Source of the DNA: Sarea resinae
Lineage: Eukaryota
Direction of reading: 5' to 3'
DNA length: 64,000 bases
Assembly: GCA_026026165.1 (NCBI GenBank)
Contig: JAPEUD010000067.1
Coordinates: forward strand, 1 to 64,000
Part shown: positions 51,335 to 64,000 of the stretch, one piece after another
How positions within the stretch are numbered: the first letter of the stretch is position 1
Layout of the letters: the number at the start of each line of letters is the position of its first letter
Position numbers and translations under genes: made by a program
The notes under the pieces: model-generated
What the model saw: the letters and a program-made list of their open reading frames with translations, nothing else
Databases searched by the model: none
Told to the model about the DNA's origin: nothing

Positions 51335-53191
51335 GTGCTGAAAATAATATGCCATGAAGGGTAGTGATTCACCACGGTCTGACGATCACGCTCTTCTTCC
51401 ATGGTGTCTACATGTGTCAGCCTGTCCAAGAAGACAGCTTCAATTTGTCTTTTGCTCGCTATAATATCTACGCCGCAGGCTCGAAGATGATCAGTCAGAC
51501 CCTATGGGATTCAGTTTCTACCTGGTCGAGGAGCCGCCAGTACCTCTATGCGCCTGCTCCTTCCTTCTCACCCTTCTTGTACTTGTTCCCGCCTCCCTCC
51601 AGCCCTGTTTTTTCGAGCACAATAAGAACAACGAATGCCAGCCATACATCACGGCGAAGAGAAATCAGATCTACTCGAGGCTTTCTCTTCTTCCTGAAAA
51701 CTTCCAGAATCAATCACATCATTTTTACGACAGTCACGGTTCAGTACGGCGTATACGACCCCTGATTTCCATCGATTCCCATTTCGTTTAGTTTACGATC
51801 CCAACCCTTTAAGCTTTCCACGCCTAATTCCTTTACCGTCTTCTCAAAGCACCTGTATCTAGCGCGACTCGGAGAAGGGATATAAAGATACGATCCCATA
51901 TCAGAGTCATCACATGCATGCATTTCCGGGAGAATTGAAATAGCGAGCCTCGTTTCTTTCTGTCTTTCCATTTTGCTTTCATCATTCCGTTGACGTTTCG
52001 TTTCTTACTACTAGTCTACATACTTGATGGGTAATTCACCGCCTCTGAGGTCGTAATATGAAGTTAAAGAGTCTCTCTTTTTGATGAACGATCTTGACAC
52101 CATTTTCCTGCCTAGCAAGGTTCTTGCAGGATACATTGAAATATTTTAGGCTCCTTCAAGTCTTTATATTTCCTCAGCCATTGCTCTTGAATAGAACGAT
52201 ATCTAATATTCTCCCTGTCTGCCTATACTATACCAAGTATCCCACCATCGACAAACATGACACGCGTCTTCTCCAGTACCAAATGTTGCAGAACTCTCTC
52301 AGTCTAAGTCCAAGCTCCAAAACTTTTCTTATATTATTTTTTTTCTCTCATACGGCTGATCTTGAAAAACATCACATTACGCCCATCCAGTTGCCTAAAC
52401 TATCACGTCCTCCAACTACCAATAATACAAATATTTAATTCGTCAATGTCGTCCTTTCGAACTTATCGGCTTCCGCGTCGCCCCAAGCTACGAACGTGAT
52501 TCCCAAGAGCCAACCCAGCGTAGAAACCATTTACGGCGGTGATCAGATTAGATGCACAGGAGGACTCGAAAGCAATATCTAGCCTCGTAGTCTAAGGGGT
52601 ACTGAATATACAAAAGAAGAGAAAGAATTAAAACTTTGCACTAAATTTTAGGACGTTGTCAAGAAAGATCAAAGTCCTCTACGTAGCGTCATTTATTTTC
52701 GTGTAGATTGTGGGCAAGTTGTTATCTGTTCCCCTTCACCTAAATATGATTGTTATCGTATCTGTCTATTTATTGGAATATGTGCACCGGGGGATTATTG
52801 CAGATCCTTTTGGGGGTCCGGATACGAGTTTCTGTTCGTGCTGGAGCACAGATGGGTATACGGAATACAAGTCTCCAGGGTTTAGTGCGAGCTAGACTGG
52901 CTTGACTTTGGCTATCCTTGATCCTGCGTAGGTTCATTGTCCTCGGCGGCGAAGTGAGGCGAAAAGAAGCATTGGTTCCATCCCACTTCTTCCTGTAAGT
53001 AGTGAAAATGGGCCTTACGGACGTCAAGGGAGGGCCTGTCACGGCTGAATGCTGGTACTGGGCTACACAAGGTAGAGTGGATATGCAGACCCTCCTTGTG
53101 CACTTGATTCACGCAATGACCCGTGTAGAGTAGAATGGATAGTTGTGGATGACTTGAGATATGTGATCCTTGTAATGAAATCTTGCGATTG

Positions 53192-54559
53192 CTAGGCAGG
53201 GGCTTGCTGCTCGGACTCGGGTTGGGACTCGGGCTCCCAATGCTCTTCTATCCATCGTAGCGCTCTCTTCATCATAATCATCCTGTTTCTATTCATCGCC
53301 TCAGTAGTAGCATCGTCAACATCTTTTCCGTCTCCATCTTTGTGCTCATGATCTATATTTTGCTCCCGCTTCTTGACCCGCACATCTTCCTCCTTTCCTT
53401 CAGCCACAATCCTCGTCAATATATCCCGTCGTACAGGCTCGGGCAGATAGGCCTTGGACGCTAGTACCGTGCGGAAGAATGCCCAGATGGAGTCATAGGA
53501 CCAGTGGAACGTGCAGAGGAGATTGATAGTTTGGTGTGTCATCGAGATGTTCTGCGAGATGGACGGGGAGGATGAAATGGGAGTGGAAGACGCGGGTATA
53601 AAATGGTAAGAGGGAGCAAAGGGGCTGAAAGACAGCAGATATAACATGTAGGACCAGCCAGAGGTGTCACTTGGATGTGAGAGACTCCACGTGTGTATTT
53701 TGGTTATGATTCTGGTGGAAACCGCATGGACAGGGTTAAGAGATTGCGAGTCTAGGGGCTGTGATTATTGCGGTGGTCGGGATGGAGGATGGAGCCATTG
53801 CTTACTGAGGAAGGAAAAGAGGCGACGCGCATATAACCACGCGTAGTAGTTTTTCGGATGTTTTTCTCCTGCCTTCATCACTAAGTCCAGCTCGGACGCC
53901 AATATCTCTTCCTGTTGTGCTCTACACAGTTCCGTCTTTTGGAACCCAGTCCTGCTGCCCCTGCCTGCACCGTTCGAGCAACCGGCCCGTATCTCTGCGT
54001 AGAAATTCTGCAGGACCCAGAACCGATGATACCACAGTGTTGGCGACTTGGTATGCCGTGCTAGCGGCGAGGTCAGTAGACTGGAGAGGAAGGAAAGTTC
54101 GTCGTGCACGACAGAGACTAGGATGCTGGATTGATGTTCGCTGCCCTCGGCGGGTGTAGGCGGAGAGGAGGACGACAAAATACTCTTTTGGAGGGCGAAA
54201 AGGTATTGCTTGCAGAAGTTGGCAGCAGTCAAGTGTTCAGGGTCGAACAGTAGGAGTATGCGTGTTGCGGCTAACTGATGGGCGTGGCTTTGCTCTTCTT
54301 GCGGATTGACCTTGGCGGGCAGACTTGACGCATCGAAGAATACTCTTCTAGCTACCACGAAGGCTTTTACTAGGTTACCTTTGGAGATCGCGAGACTTGT
54401 TCCATCGTGCAGGATGGGGCGGTTGCCCAAGGCGGGGAAGTTAGACGGCAGAATCTCAATTTCGAGAATCTCGCTGCGGTGAGTGTGAAGGTGCTCTGTT
54501 AGTACTTTGTATATTATGGATGCTTCAGAGCTTTCCTCCTCTTGCAACATGGAGGACAT
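53192..54559 (-). CDS. Prenyltransferase alpha-subunit-repeat protein (Ecm9/PTAR1-like)
   Basis: LLFDPEHLTAAN, HTKSPTLWYHR, AGEKHPKNYYAWLYAR, WSLSHPSDTSGWSYM. An in-frame TAA at 53765-53767 requires a 54-nt intron (53752-53805) or indicates a lesion. Confidence 0.75.
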
Positions 54560-54793
54560 GGCATCTGCAGACAAATGTCGTGGTTTGACGAGATTTACGA
54601 GGTTTTGAATTCGATATCAAGGTGACGTCCGTGGGGTCGATTTCCCACAGCTCGGTCAAGCTCTCTAGCGAGCTGGTCGCATTCCCATGTCAACTCCGAT
54701 GACGAGCAGGCTGCAAGACACATCAACAGCGAAGCCAGACACATTCTGCGTAGACAATTCAAGTCTGCCTATTGACAGCTTCGCAACGGCAAC

Positions 54794-55585
54794 ATGCCGT
54801 CACTTCTTCTCACCGTCTTCGTGGTGCAGCTGGCAATCCACCTCATTAATTCTATCGGAGCGGCCACACTCAACGACTTGGTAACAACGCCTCCCACACA
54901 AGTGGCCCATAACTTCTCTAGCTGTCCATATCGCTAACTTGTCATTCTAGCTCTGGGTCTTGTACAATAAAGCGCCAACCTCGACATCTAGGGCCGTAGG
55001 GGAGCAGGCAGTCTTGCGCCGGGAGGTGGTGCGCTTGCGAACTGAGATGAATAGCACGAGCAGCCAGGACGAGTTTGCCAAGTGGGCGAAGCTGCGGAGA
55101 CAGCATGACAAGGTGCTGGCAGACTACGAGAAGAAAAGTATGTCGTCTCTATACCAACTTATCCATTACGCCCCCTTCTATTTCAAACACCAAGCAAGAC
55201 TAACGCACGGCAACGATGCTTAGCCTCTTCACTCAAATCTTCCAAAGCTACCTTCGACAGCTCCACGACCGCCGTCCGATGGGCTAGCACGAATGGCGTC
55301 CGTCTCTTCCTGCAATTCTGGTATGCCAAGCAAGCTCTTTTCTGGGTCCCACAGGGCTGGCTTCCATTCTACGTCGAATGGCTACTTGCGTTCCCCCGCG
55401 CGCCGCGAGGTAGTATCAGTGTTCAGGTATGGAGTTTGGCATGCGCCAGCATTATCAAGTTGGTTAGTGAGGCAGTCGTGGCTGTCTATGCGCTTGGCAC
55501 GCAAAGCAAAGTCGAAGGGGAAAAGAGGCAGGCGCACAAGGTCGGGTCGGGCACGTCAACGCCCGATAGGAAAAAGGAACTCTAG
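54794..55585 (+). CDS. GET1: ER insertase subunit Get1
   Basis: [72 protein letters not shown]. Ends KKEL*. Confidence 0.93.
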
Positions 55586-55789
55586 CATACCCGTGTATTA
55601 CTTCATAACGGTCAATGGAATTAAATGGAACTACATATACGAATTCAAGGAAACCAAACGCCTCTGGTCTCTGACATCAGTACTAGAAGAGTCCTAACAG
55701 TCGTCAGCAGTGGCTTGCGATGGTCATCAGCAAGGCTGTCGAGTCAGCCGGCTTCTACAGTGACAATGTGGGTGCAGGTCGATGTCACT

Positions 55790-55980
55790 GAATGTGTCTC
55801 ATCAAATAGACGCAAGACCTTCATAGCTTTCACTAAGGCTCTGCAACACGAAGTGAGACAGCCCCTTGGCAGGGGCTCTATGGGTTCCATATAGGCATTC
55901 TTTTTGACTCTGAGTGACCATGGGAGAAAAGGTTCACTAAAGCTTCGAAAGTGCCGTTCGCCAATATCACGGCCCAAGTC
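55790..55980 (-). ncRNA. Candidate H/ACA-like structured RNA, target unresolved
   Basis: Long 5' hairpin (GACU..AGUC), ANANNA box AAAAGA (55904-55899), and a 3' hairpin closed by GUCUCA/UGAGAC directly followed by ACA plus 3 nt. A CT-rich tract lies upstream on the same strand. Confidence 0.35.
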
Positions 55981-56544
55981 ATCGAGATGCATTGAGTGGA
56001 AAGAAAGCCAAAATTTCTTTTTCATTCTGCTGGACAATTGATTTGATAAATTGATTTGATGTACATGAGCACAGTTGAAGAGCGAATCGACAGCGATGAG
56101 AAGAGCGGACCTGGTGAGGTGAGAAAATGCGGATGGGAAGGAATGGACGAGTAGAAGCAGGTTGGAGTTTGGGGTTTGGAGGTTGGAGGTTGCAGGCTGG
56201 AGGTTGAAGGACGAGAACTTTTGACTTTGAACCCTGGAACGACTAGCCGAATTGGGGGGAAAAGCTCCTACGGGAGGCAGCAACAGCTGGACACGCAACT
56301 ACCGTCATAAGCGCGGGTTCTAGCCCCCTTCAGTCCTTCCTTAAGCGCCATCTTCGCTCGAGGGCACCTCAATAATCTACCGGATTTCTGTCTTCCAGGC
56401 GTCTGATATATATATGTGTGGCGAGGTCCGGAAAGGCAGTCTTTCCCCTCATGACAGATCCAGCCGTTCAAGCGTTTGCCCCTTTCATCATCTCCTTTCC
56501 ACTATAGCTTCTGTCGGACCACAATCACCCCCTCGCACCTCGCC

Positions 56545-57757
56545 ATGGCATCCTGGGCAACGTAAACAATCACTTCCCCGTGCCGAACATGCCTACTTCC
56601 ACTGACCTGACTGCCCCGCTGCCTCTAGCATCAAGACCCTCCTCTTGACTCTAGGACCCATCTTCCTCCCCCGTCTCATCTCCTGGGCCCGAGCCCTCCT
56701 TCATACATACCGAACCAACACACTCCCACCTCTCTCGACGCCCCGCCGCACATCCTACGCACTCTATCTCCTTGCTACCAGCACAATCCTCGCGCTACTC
56801 TCTTCGTTGCCAATACTCCACCCCCGGGATGTCTTCACGCAGACCTCCTCCCGGCTACAGACGCCAACAGATGTAATTTTCACTCGTCTGCGAAATCTGA
56901 ACCCTTCATCCGTCACCGCTTCTGCCTTTGCGGCAGAGCAAGAGACTTTCCTGCGGCCCTTCCTCCAAACTTTAGATGGTCGCCTTCTTTACCTGACCTT
57001 TGGCCCACAAACGCTCACGGCTTGCCCATTCTGCTCCACCGATGACCCAACTTCCTACATCTACTACGCCGTTCCCACGATTCTTGTCCCTCACCTGTTC
57101 CACCTCTTTCTCCTAGGCCTCGTCACCCCCCAATTCTTCTCCCCGGCTCCATCAGCCACCATAAACAACACAACCACCGACTTTCGCACCCCCTTCACAG
57201 CAGCCGGCGCCTTTCTCGCCCTCGCCGACGTTGCTCTCCTCGCCAACCACGATCCCCGCTCCGCCAATCTCCGTGGTTCGAACTATATTGACGCCTTCCA
57301 CTGGCGACTTAGCACCTACCGTGGCCTTTCCATCGCGTTCGTCGATGCCCTACTAGCATGGTGTCTCTACCTGCGCAGTACACAGCGCTTCTTCGTCTCC
57401 ACGTCGGCCTTCTCAATTTCCACCCGACTCGAGGCAGCGACCGCCGCTCTGGAAGCTGCGAACCGAAAATTGAGCGCGCTGGGCATCGTGCGTAATGTCG
57501 TCAATCGCGATGCGATGCTCCGGCAGCGGGTGCAGGGGTACTGGATGGCCGAGGGAAATATCATGGGAGAAGTGTATGAGGACAGAGAGGTTGTGGAGGG
57601 GGTGAAGGGTGCGTTGGGGCGCTTAGACGTTGGAAGTCTTGAGTTAGAGGCTGGGAAGTATGCTGAGAGGGTTGTGGGGGGAGTCTCTGGTACATGGGGT
57701 GGCGTAAATGGGAGTTCTGCGACTGCTTCGGATGGCGCTGGGGAGGGGGCGAGCTGA
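56545..57757 (+). CDS. Uncharacterised fungal multi-pass membrane protein
   Basis: MASWA|intron|IKTLLLTLGPIFLPR.., DVFTQTSSRLQTPTDVIFTRL, RLLYLTFGP..CPFC, several TM segments. Confidence 0.8.
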
Positions 57758-58603
57758 TTGTGTGCATTAGGGGGATGAATTAGCAAGGCCTACCATCTGT
57801 TTGGCTTTGTATTTCGAGACGGAGTCTGTCTGCCGAGGTCAGGCGTTTCTGGATGGCGCATAGAGATGAACTTTATCTTCAGGATGGTGTATTTGTCGGT
57901 TCTGAAGATCTCTCCGGCCGATGCGATATTAAGCCCTTGGGTATTGGATTCGACGTCCGGGACCAATCGCGCATGGGGGTAGAGGATCCTCTGTATATCT
58001 ATATATATAGAGACTGCGTCTTGAAGCTTACTTCTTCTATCAGCCTTGAAAGAGAGAACGCTCCGTGGACTTTGTATTTGAACAACGATCTCGTCATATC
58101 TATACCTTTCCAATCTTTGCCACGGATTTTCTACGGCTTAAATTCGATATTATCCATTTCCTTTCTTCGTTAGCATGTCTACATACTATGTCCCTTGCGC
58201 CAATATAAATACATCAAAAATGGAAGTTCCTTCGTAATACACCTAGAAGACCCCCATTCCATGCCATCAGGGTAGAAGACTATGGCGAAAAGAAAAGGAA
58301 AAAGTGTCCAACTATCTGAGCTAGTCAAACTGTATTTGCTTCATGCTAGCTAGTGATAAGAGCGAAGGTCTTGAGCATGTGAAACCGAACCGTGGGGAGA
58401 GAAGAAAGGAAAAAGATTGGCTTGTGCATAGAAGTCAGATCAAAACATTGTAGGAGAGTTGGAGATCATGAGTAAAGAGACCTTTTAAAGGAGAAGAAAG
58501 GAAAAGCGGCCGTAAGCTCGTTTCAACAGGTATAGGTCATGAAATTTCATATCATATCATATCATATTATATCATCTGCATTGCTTTCCCAGCCCCGTTC
58601 AGA

Positions 58604-59697
58604 TCAAGCGTTTCCGTTGCACAGCGCAGGGTGCACTGTACCATGATGAGGACGCACGACCGCCTCCGTAGGTCTCATCACATCTCCTTTCGAATCGGCG
58701 CCCGCACCACCGTTCGCATTCCCCATCTTGGCGTAATCTGCGAATTGAGGATTGAGATTAAGCGGTGCTGAGATATTGAGCGGCATACGAATTGCAATGG
58801 GCTGTGTGGCGTGGTGAGGGCTGCCATCATTGCTGGTATTGGTGGGACGGTGGTTTGTGGAGTAGCAGTCGCTGATGCGGCGGGTTTTCGAGCGGACGGA
58901 CTTTTTGGGGGATGACGAATGGTAGGATGGGAGAAGATCGAATTGACGGGTGAGGTGAAATGAGCGGCGGATATTGGAAGAGGGTGAGGTATGCACCGAG
59001 CAGCAAGAGGGCTGCTTGTGCGCGGCCACGGCGCCGTAAGAGCGGACGTGCCGGGCGGTGAGGTACGTGGCCTTGTCACGGAATATGAAGCTCTATAAGA
59101 ATAATTAGCTGAAGGCTTACGATGGGAGCTGAAAACTAGGATGTTCGGCTGACGTACACAGAGAATATTCAGAAAGCCGAGAATGATCGCTACGATGCCG
59201 GCGCCGAGGACGATTCGCCAAAAGGCCAGTCCGAGTGACTCCTGGCTCTTGGACGGAACATTGAGTCCGCCCAGGAGCGAAACGCCCAGTGCCATCATAG
59301 CTGCGCCAAGTGTCACAAAGCCATGCGCGGGGCTGAGGAGAGGCCAGTTGCGCGTGATATATGATCGAAAGAGTGGAAGCTCCGATATGACGAGGAACAC
59401 TGCGGAAGATTAGCATGCAAGACTCGCCATGTTTGCTCGAGTAGGGACGTACTACTGATGGAAACGGTGATGACATGACTAGCTGCATCGAAGAAGAAGA
59501 ACTTTCCGGATTTAGCTGTGAGCGACGGGAGGCAAGGGATTGTAGGTGTACTGGCGCACCTTTGACACAATGAAGGTCTTGATCAGCATGACGCAACAGG
59601 CCGCCATTATGGCCAGAAGACTCATGATGTTGAGGACGCGGATGATGTTGAGAATGATGTAGCCTGGGCCAGCCAAAGATGCGCCAAAGAGAGACAT
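58604..59697 (-). CDS. Uncharacterised fungal membrane protein with about 4 TM segments, 4 exons
   Basis: LAGPGYIILNIIRVLNI, FFFFDAASH, FRSYITRNWPLLSPAHGFVTLG, SFIFRDK..TARHVRSYGA. GT-AG introns keep the frame. Confidence 0.8.
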
Positions 59698-61065
59698 ATT
59701 GAACCAAGCTGCACTGGAGTTTCAAAGAAGAAGATTGCTGAAAGGATTAGAATAATGTATGGATAGTCTCGGGCTTTTAGATCACGCAAGAGAAAGGCAA
59801 AGGCAACGCCTGAAGAGCTGCAGTTGAGCTGGAAAGTGTCACTGGCCAGCAGTGAGTAACGAAGAGTAAATGAGTCAAAGATGGGAGATCCTATGGTGGA
59901 GGTGGAGGTGGAGGTGGTGAGGATAGGTAAAGTGAGAATGTTTGCTGGAGGTGAGCAAGCCAAGTAAGGTAAGTAATAGATAGATGAATCTCAGGCAGAG
60001 TATAAGGTAGTGCAGACTGCACGCCTCGCGAGGCCGCTGAACACAATAGAGGACGCAGAGTGCTAGATAAGGTAAGGTAGATATGGTGAGCCTATTCATC
60101 ATGAAAGTTCTCAAGGCGATGAATATCGATGATAGCAAGATAAATATGAGTGCGCCTCCGACTGTGGCAATAGACGTTCTTCTCCACACATCTATCAAGA
60201 CTCAGCGAGACGATTCATTGTATTCAACGGATTCAATCATTGGCACGGCCCGTAGAAGACCCCGGCGGCGATCACCATAGCCGCCGGAGCTTCTGCCAGC
60301 ATTAGTGGCCATACCAGAATCATACCGTGAAGCTCGAAGATCAATCATTCACGCTCACACTGATACTGAAGACATAATGCAGACATGGAATCGACTCGCC
60401 ACTGCCACATGGCATGGATAATGAATGTACAGTACACTGGAAGCTACTCGGGCTCTATCGTATAGTTCGAGGCCGGCGCAGGCAGTCCGCCGTGGCTCTG
60501 TCTGTAAAGACGAGCAAGGGCGGAGAATGACTGGCCCAGAAGCCGTCGTGGATTTGGTTTCCAATGCTCCCTGGGTACGCGATGGTTTCAGGGCTGACTG
60601 GCTCTTGTTGGCCATCGCTGAGGCGTTCCATCTAGATGATACATGGGGCACCGTCACGATTGATCAATCGTGATCTCCAGCTGTCATCGCATCATCCGAG
60701 TTGAAAGGTAATGCGCCTATCTCTTGTTCGTGACTCACTCAAACTCAAGCCCAACGTCGGATCTGAACACCGGGCGTCGTTCGGTTGTGACTGTCGTTGG
60801 TTATGGAATTGGAATTGTGGTCAATGCATCCACCGAATTGCACAGACGGCTGGTAAGCCTGACCGTACGCGCATCCTCGATCGCGCTCGATCCAACCAAG
60901 CCCGTTCGTTCGTGATCGAAAGATCCAGTGTCTGGGCTACGTACGTTACGTCCCGCAGCTCCCGCTTGCAGACACCTATTAGATACAACTACAATTACAA
61001 CATCAACATCCTCATCAACATACTCATCCTCATCGTCAACCACATCATGCGAGCGCAATAATGTC

Positions 61066-63333
61066 ATGGCTAAGGAAGACTTTCGCATTGCACGAGAGAC
61101 CGAAGCCCACGCTCATGATGAAGAAGAGGCTCGCTCCCTTCTCTCCGAGGATTCTCAGGAGAGCGATATCGTAGTCCATCGAGCCCCAAGTCCATTTCCA
61201 AGCCCAAGCCCCAAATCCAACCACAAACCCACCCCCGTCCGTCCACACCCCGGCCCTCCACCACGCCGACAATCCTCGATCTCTTACCCTCCCCCAAATG
61301 GCGAGCCGCGTACGCCCCGTACAACGAACCGTGTTCGCTTCGACATTGACGACCGCGAGCATGATACTCCCAATGGAGAAGTCGAATCGCCGAGGTGGAT
61401 GGACGAGGAGGACTACTTGGAAGAGGAGCATTCGGGCGATATGAGGAGTAGCACTGGCCAGAGAGCACCTTTGTTGACGGGCATTGAAGCTCCGAGTGTG
61501 ACCGTTGCCTCAGCAGATTTGGACTTCAATCCCGAAGACCTTCTAGAGAGCGCGAGACCAAAGAGCGGCTTACGGAGCGCCTTCATGAACATGGCAAATA
61601 GTATCATGTGAGCTAGCATTTGTATATATCTATCTCAATATCAAACGCTGACAGATTCCCTTGAAGTGGTGCTGGGATTATTGGTATGCTCGATGCCATT
61701 TCTTGCCAGCGTCCCAAGCTGTGGCTAATGCGAGATTCAGGCCAGCCATATGCATTTCGACAGGCGGGTTTGCTCACAGGTATCATTCTGCTGCTTGGCC
61801 TTACAATTACCGTATGTCTTCGCTGGCTTGACCCTGATCCCCTCTTACCCCTTTTATTTATGGAACTCTCAGGTCGATTGGACCATTCGCCTTATCGTGG
61901 TCAACTCGAAGCTCAGCGGCGCCAATTCATTTCAGGCAACTGTGGAGCACTGTTTTGGAAAATCCGGACTAATCGCGATATCCGTGAGTGATCTCGGTAT
62001 TGGCTTGCGAAGTTTCTGTGACTGATGTGATCTAGGTTGCTCAATGGGCGTTGTGAGTACTACATCTACAGTTGCATCGCTCTCCATGCCATTTCTACCG
62101 CTAATTTACACACCCCGAGTAGCGCCTTTGGCGGCATGATTGCGTTTTGCATTATCGTTGGTGATAGCATACCACATGTCATGGCAGCATTGTTCCCTTC
62201 ATTAGAGAATACCCCTTTCCTTTGGCTTCTAACCGACCGTCGAGCTGTCATTGTCATTTTCATACTCGGTATCTCGTACCCTCTCTCCCTGTATCGGGAT
62301 ATTGCAAAGGTGAGCTTGGCGTACACCGTCCTTCTTCGCTCCAGTGACTAATGTGACACAGCTTGCCAAGGCGAGTACGCTAGCCTTGATGAGCATGATC
62401 GTTATCGTTGTCACCGTGATAACTCAAGGCGTACGAATGCCATCTGAGCTTCGGGGACAGCTGAGAGGCTCTCTTTTCATTAATAGCGGCATATTTCAGG
62501 CCATCGGCGTTATATCTTTTGGTAAGGACTATCCTTTGCCAATAACTAAGGAGACTATACTAACCGAGATAGCATTTGTTTGCCGTACGTCAGAGCTGTC
62601 CCATGTGTTGAAAGGTTTGACAATTGACTCTCAACCAGACCACAATAGTTTACTCATCTATGGCTCGCTCAAAAAGCCAACATTAGACCGTTTCTCCAAG
62701 GTGACACATTACTCGACAGCCATCTCTATGGTCGCCTGCATGACCATGGCCTTAGCAGGCTTCCTCACGTTTGGAGATAGGACACTCGGTAACGTCTTGA
62801 ACAATTTTCCTACCGACAACATCATGGTCAACATTGCTCGTTTGTATGTGCCTCTCTCCTGTAGGGCGCGAATCTAGCTAATGGCAGGGTAGCTGTTTCG
62901 GGCTCAACATGTTGACTACTCTTCCCCTCGAAGCATTCGTCTGCCGCGAAGTCATGACCAATTACTGGTTTCTGGATGAGCCATGGAATCCTAATCGCCA
63001 TCTACTCTTTAGCACTTCGCTAGTGGTGTCTGCTATGGCGCTTTCTTTGCTGACGTGTGACCTGGGAGCCGTATTTGAGCTCATCGGGGCGACGAGCGCA
63101 TGCGCTTTAGCATATATCCTACCACCACTTTGCTATATCAAACTAAGTACTAGGAGTTGGAGAACGATTCCCGCATGGATGTGTGTCATATTTGGATTCG
63201 TGGTCATGTGCATCAGCCTGGTTCAGGCGGTTGCCAAGGTCATCCGAAGTATGTCCCTGAAATTATTCTATATACTTCTCTGTCTTTGCTTACGTATCAT
63301 GCAGACGAAGGAGGGGCCCAGGTTTGCCGATGA
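61066..63333 (+). CDS. AVT2: AAAP-family (Aa_trans) amino-acid transporter, Avt2/SLC38A11-like
   Basis: SAFMNMANSI|IGAGII|GQPYAFRQAG, AFGGMIAFCIIVGDSIPHV, LSLYRDIAK, AFVCHHNSLLIY, LPLEAFVCRE. Many short exons; TGA at 63331-63333. Confidence 0.92.
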
Positions 63334-64000
63334 TATCAAATCGCGGAGCGAAGCGGCCTGAGAGGTTGCTCTCAATTTAAGTCTATCATCAATAGCTTGG
63401 AGTTAACGTCGTCAAATTCACCCAATTGTCTTCTTCTTTTCTACATGAGATTTCCCATGTTCAATTGATTACAGAAGCCCGCCTTCTGCTCCTAAGGTCT
63501 TCGGTATTTAGCCGAGATCACTCCAGCTGACAGACAGCACACTTGACTCCCTTGTTGATCTAGGCTTGTTGATTGTCAATCCAATACCGTGAATTTTAGT
63601 TATAGCCGAAGTTGTATTCTACTAATCCTATCCAAGACTTTATCTCTTCACGCACTTCTTCATGTTCAACTTTGCACGCTGCTTTGATAATACTCTCCCT
63701 TCAAGCCCACCGTCGATTGCACACCTGAGATGGGCTCAGTGCTTAAAGCCTCTCTTATGTCATCGCAGTCCTCGAAAATCCAGATTCGGGCATATTTTCC
63801 TGGTACGAACGAACAGTCTGATACTTAAAGTCAAAAAAATACGGGCTTGTCTGCGCCCATCAAGGAGCTCCTTTTCTGCTGACCCACAGCTGCTTTCGAG
63901 TAAACCAAACTTTACGCCAAAGGCTCCTTTGGCTCCTGAATTCCGATGCCAACGTCCCTGCATCATCCTGAGCTTTGCAGAAGAGCAGTCAGTATATAAG

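Noticed and set aside
51364..53190. Short ORFs in the ICE2/PTAR1 convergent gap as a gene or transposon relic
   Set aside because: No recognisable motifs, terminal repeats or consistent exon structure, although a degenerate relic cannot be excluded without a search.
63360..64000. Minus-strand ORF 63760-63966 as the end of a further gene
   Set aside because: No recognisable homology, and the window ends before any supporting context.
1..64000. CRISPR arrays, tRNA/rRNA genes, spliceosomal snRNAs, transposons or a biosynthetic gene cluster
   Set aside because: No repeat-spacer pattern, cloverleaf, snRNA signature, transposase/RT or PKS/NRPS motif seen by eye.

Overview
Gene-dense, intron-rich chromosomal segment from a filamentous ascomycete (Pezizomycotina, inferred from short GT-AG introns with CTRAC/CTAAY branch sites and from gene content). 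About 28 protein-coding genes are supported, nearly all housekeeping: DENN-domain GEF, Aco2-type aconitase, SERF/4F5, SMN, Nop15, ETF-beta, catalase-like heme protein, Rud3 golgin, Guk1, septin Cdc10, MrpL32, Ski8, a GPI wall protein, a CtsD-like aspartic protease, a SAP-like protein, an SDR, Lto1, MetRS, Gle2, Kex1, Sfm1, Igo1, Ice2, Ecm9/PTAR1-like, Get1, two uncharacterised membrane proteins and Avt2. I found no transposon, CRISPR array, tRNA, rRNA or secondary-metabolite cluster. The most informative signals lie outside the ORF track: an RNase MRP RNA gene head-to-head with GLE2; a box H/ACA snoRNA whose two pockets match 25S and 18S rRNA sites; two weaker snoRNA candidates; GTAC-rich promoter islands with recurrent AGGTACCT and TACTCCGTA words and a 26-bp perfect palindrome; two GC-AG introns; a mitochondrial-presequence isoform of Guk1; stacked uORFs before the Avt2 start; and an in-frame stop inside a probable 54-nt intron of the PTAR1-like gene. 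All calls were made by eye, family and rRNA comparisons are from memory, and CDS coordinates span start to stop codon including introns.
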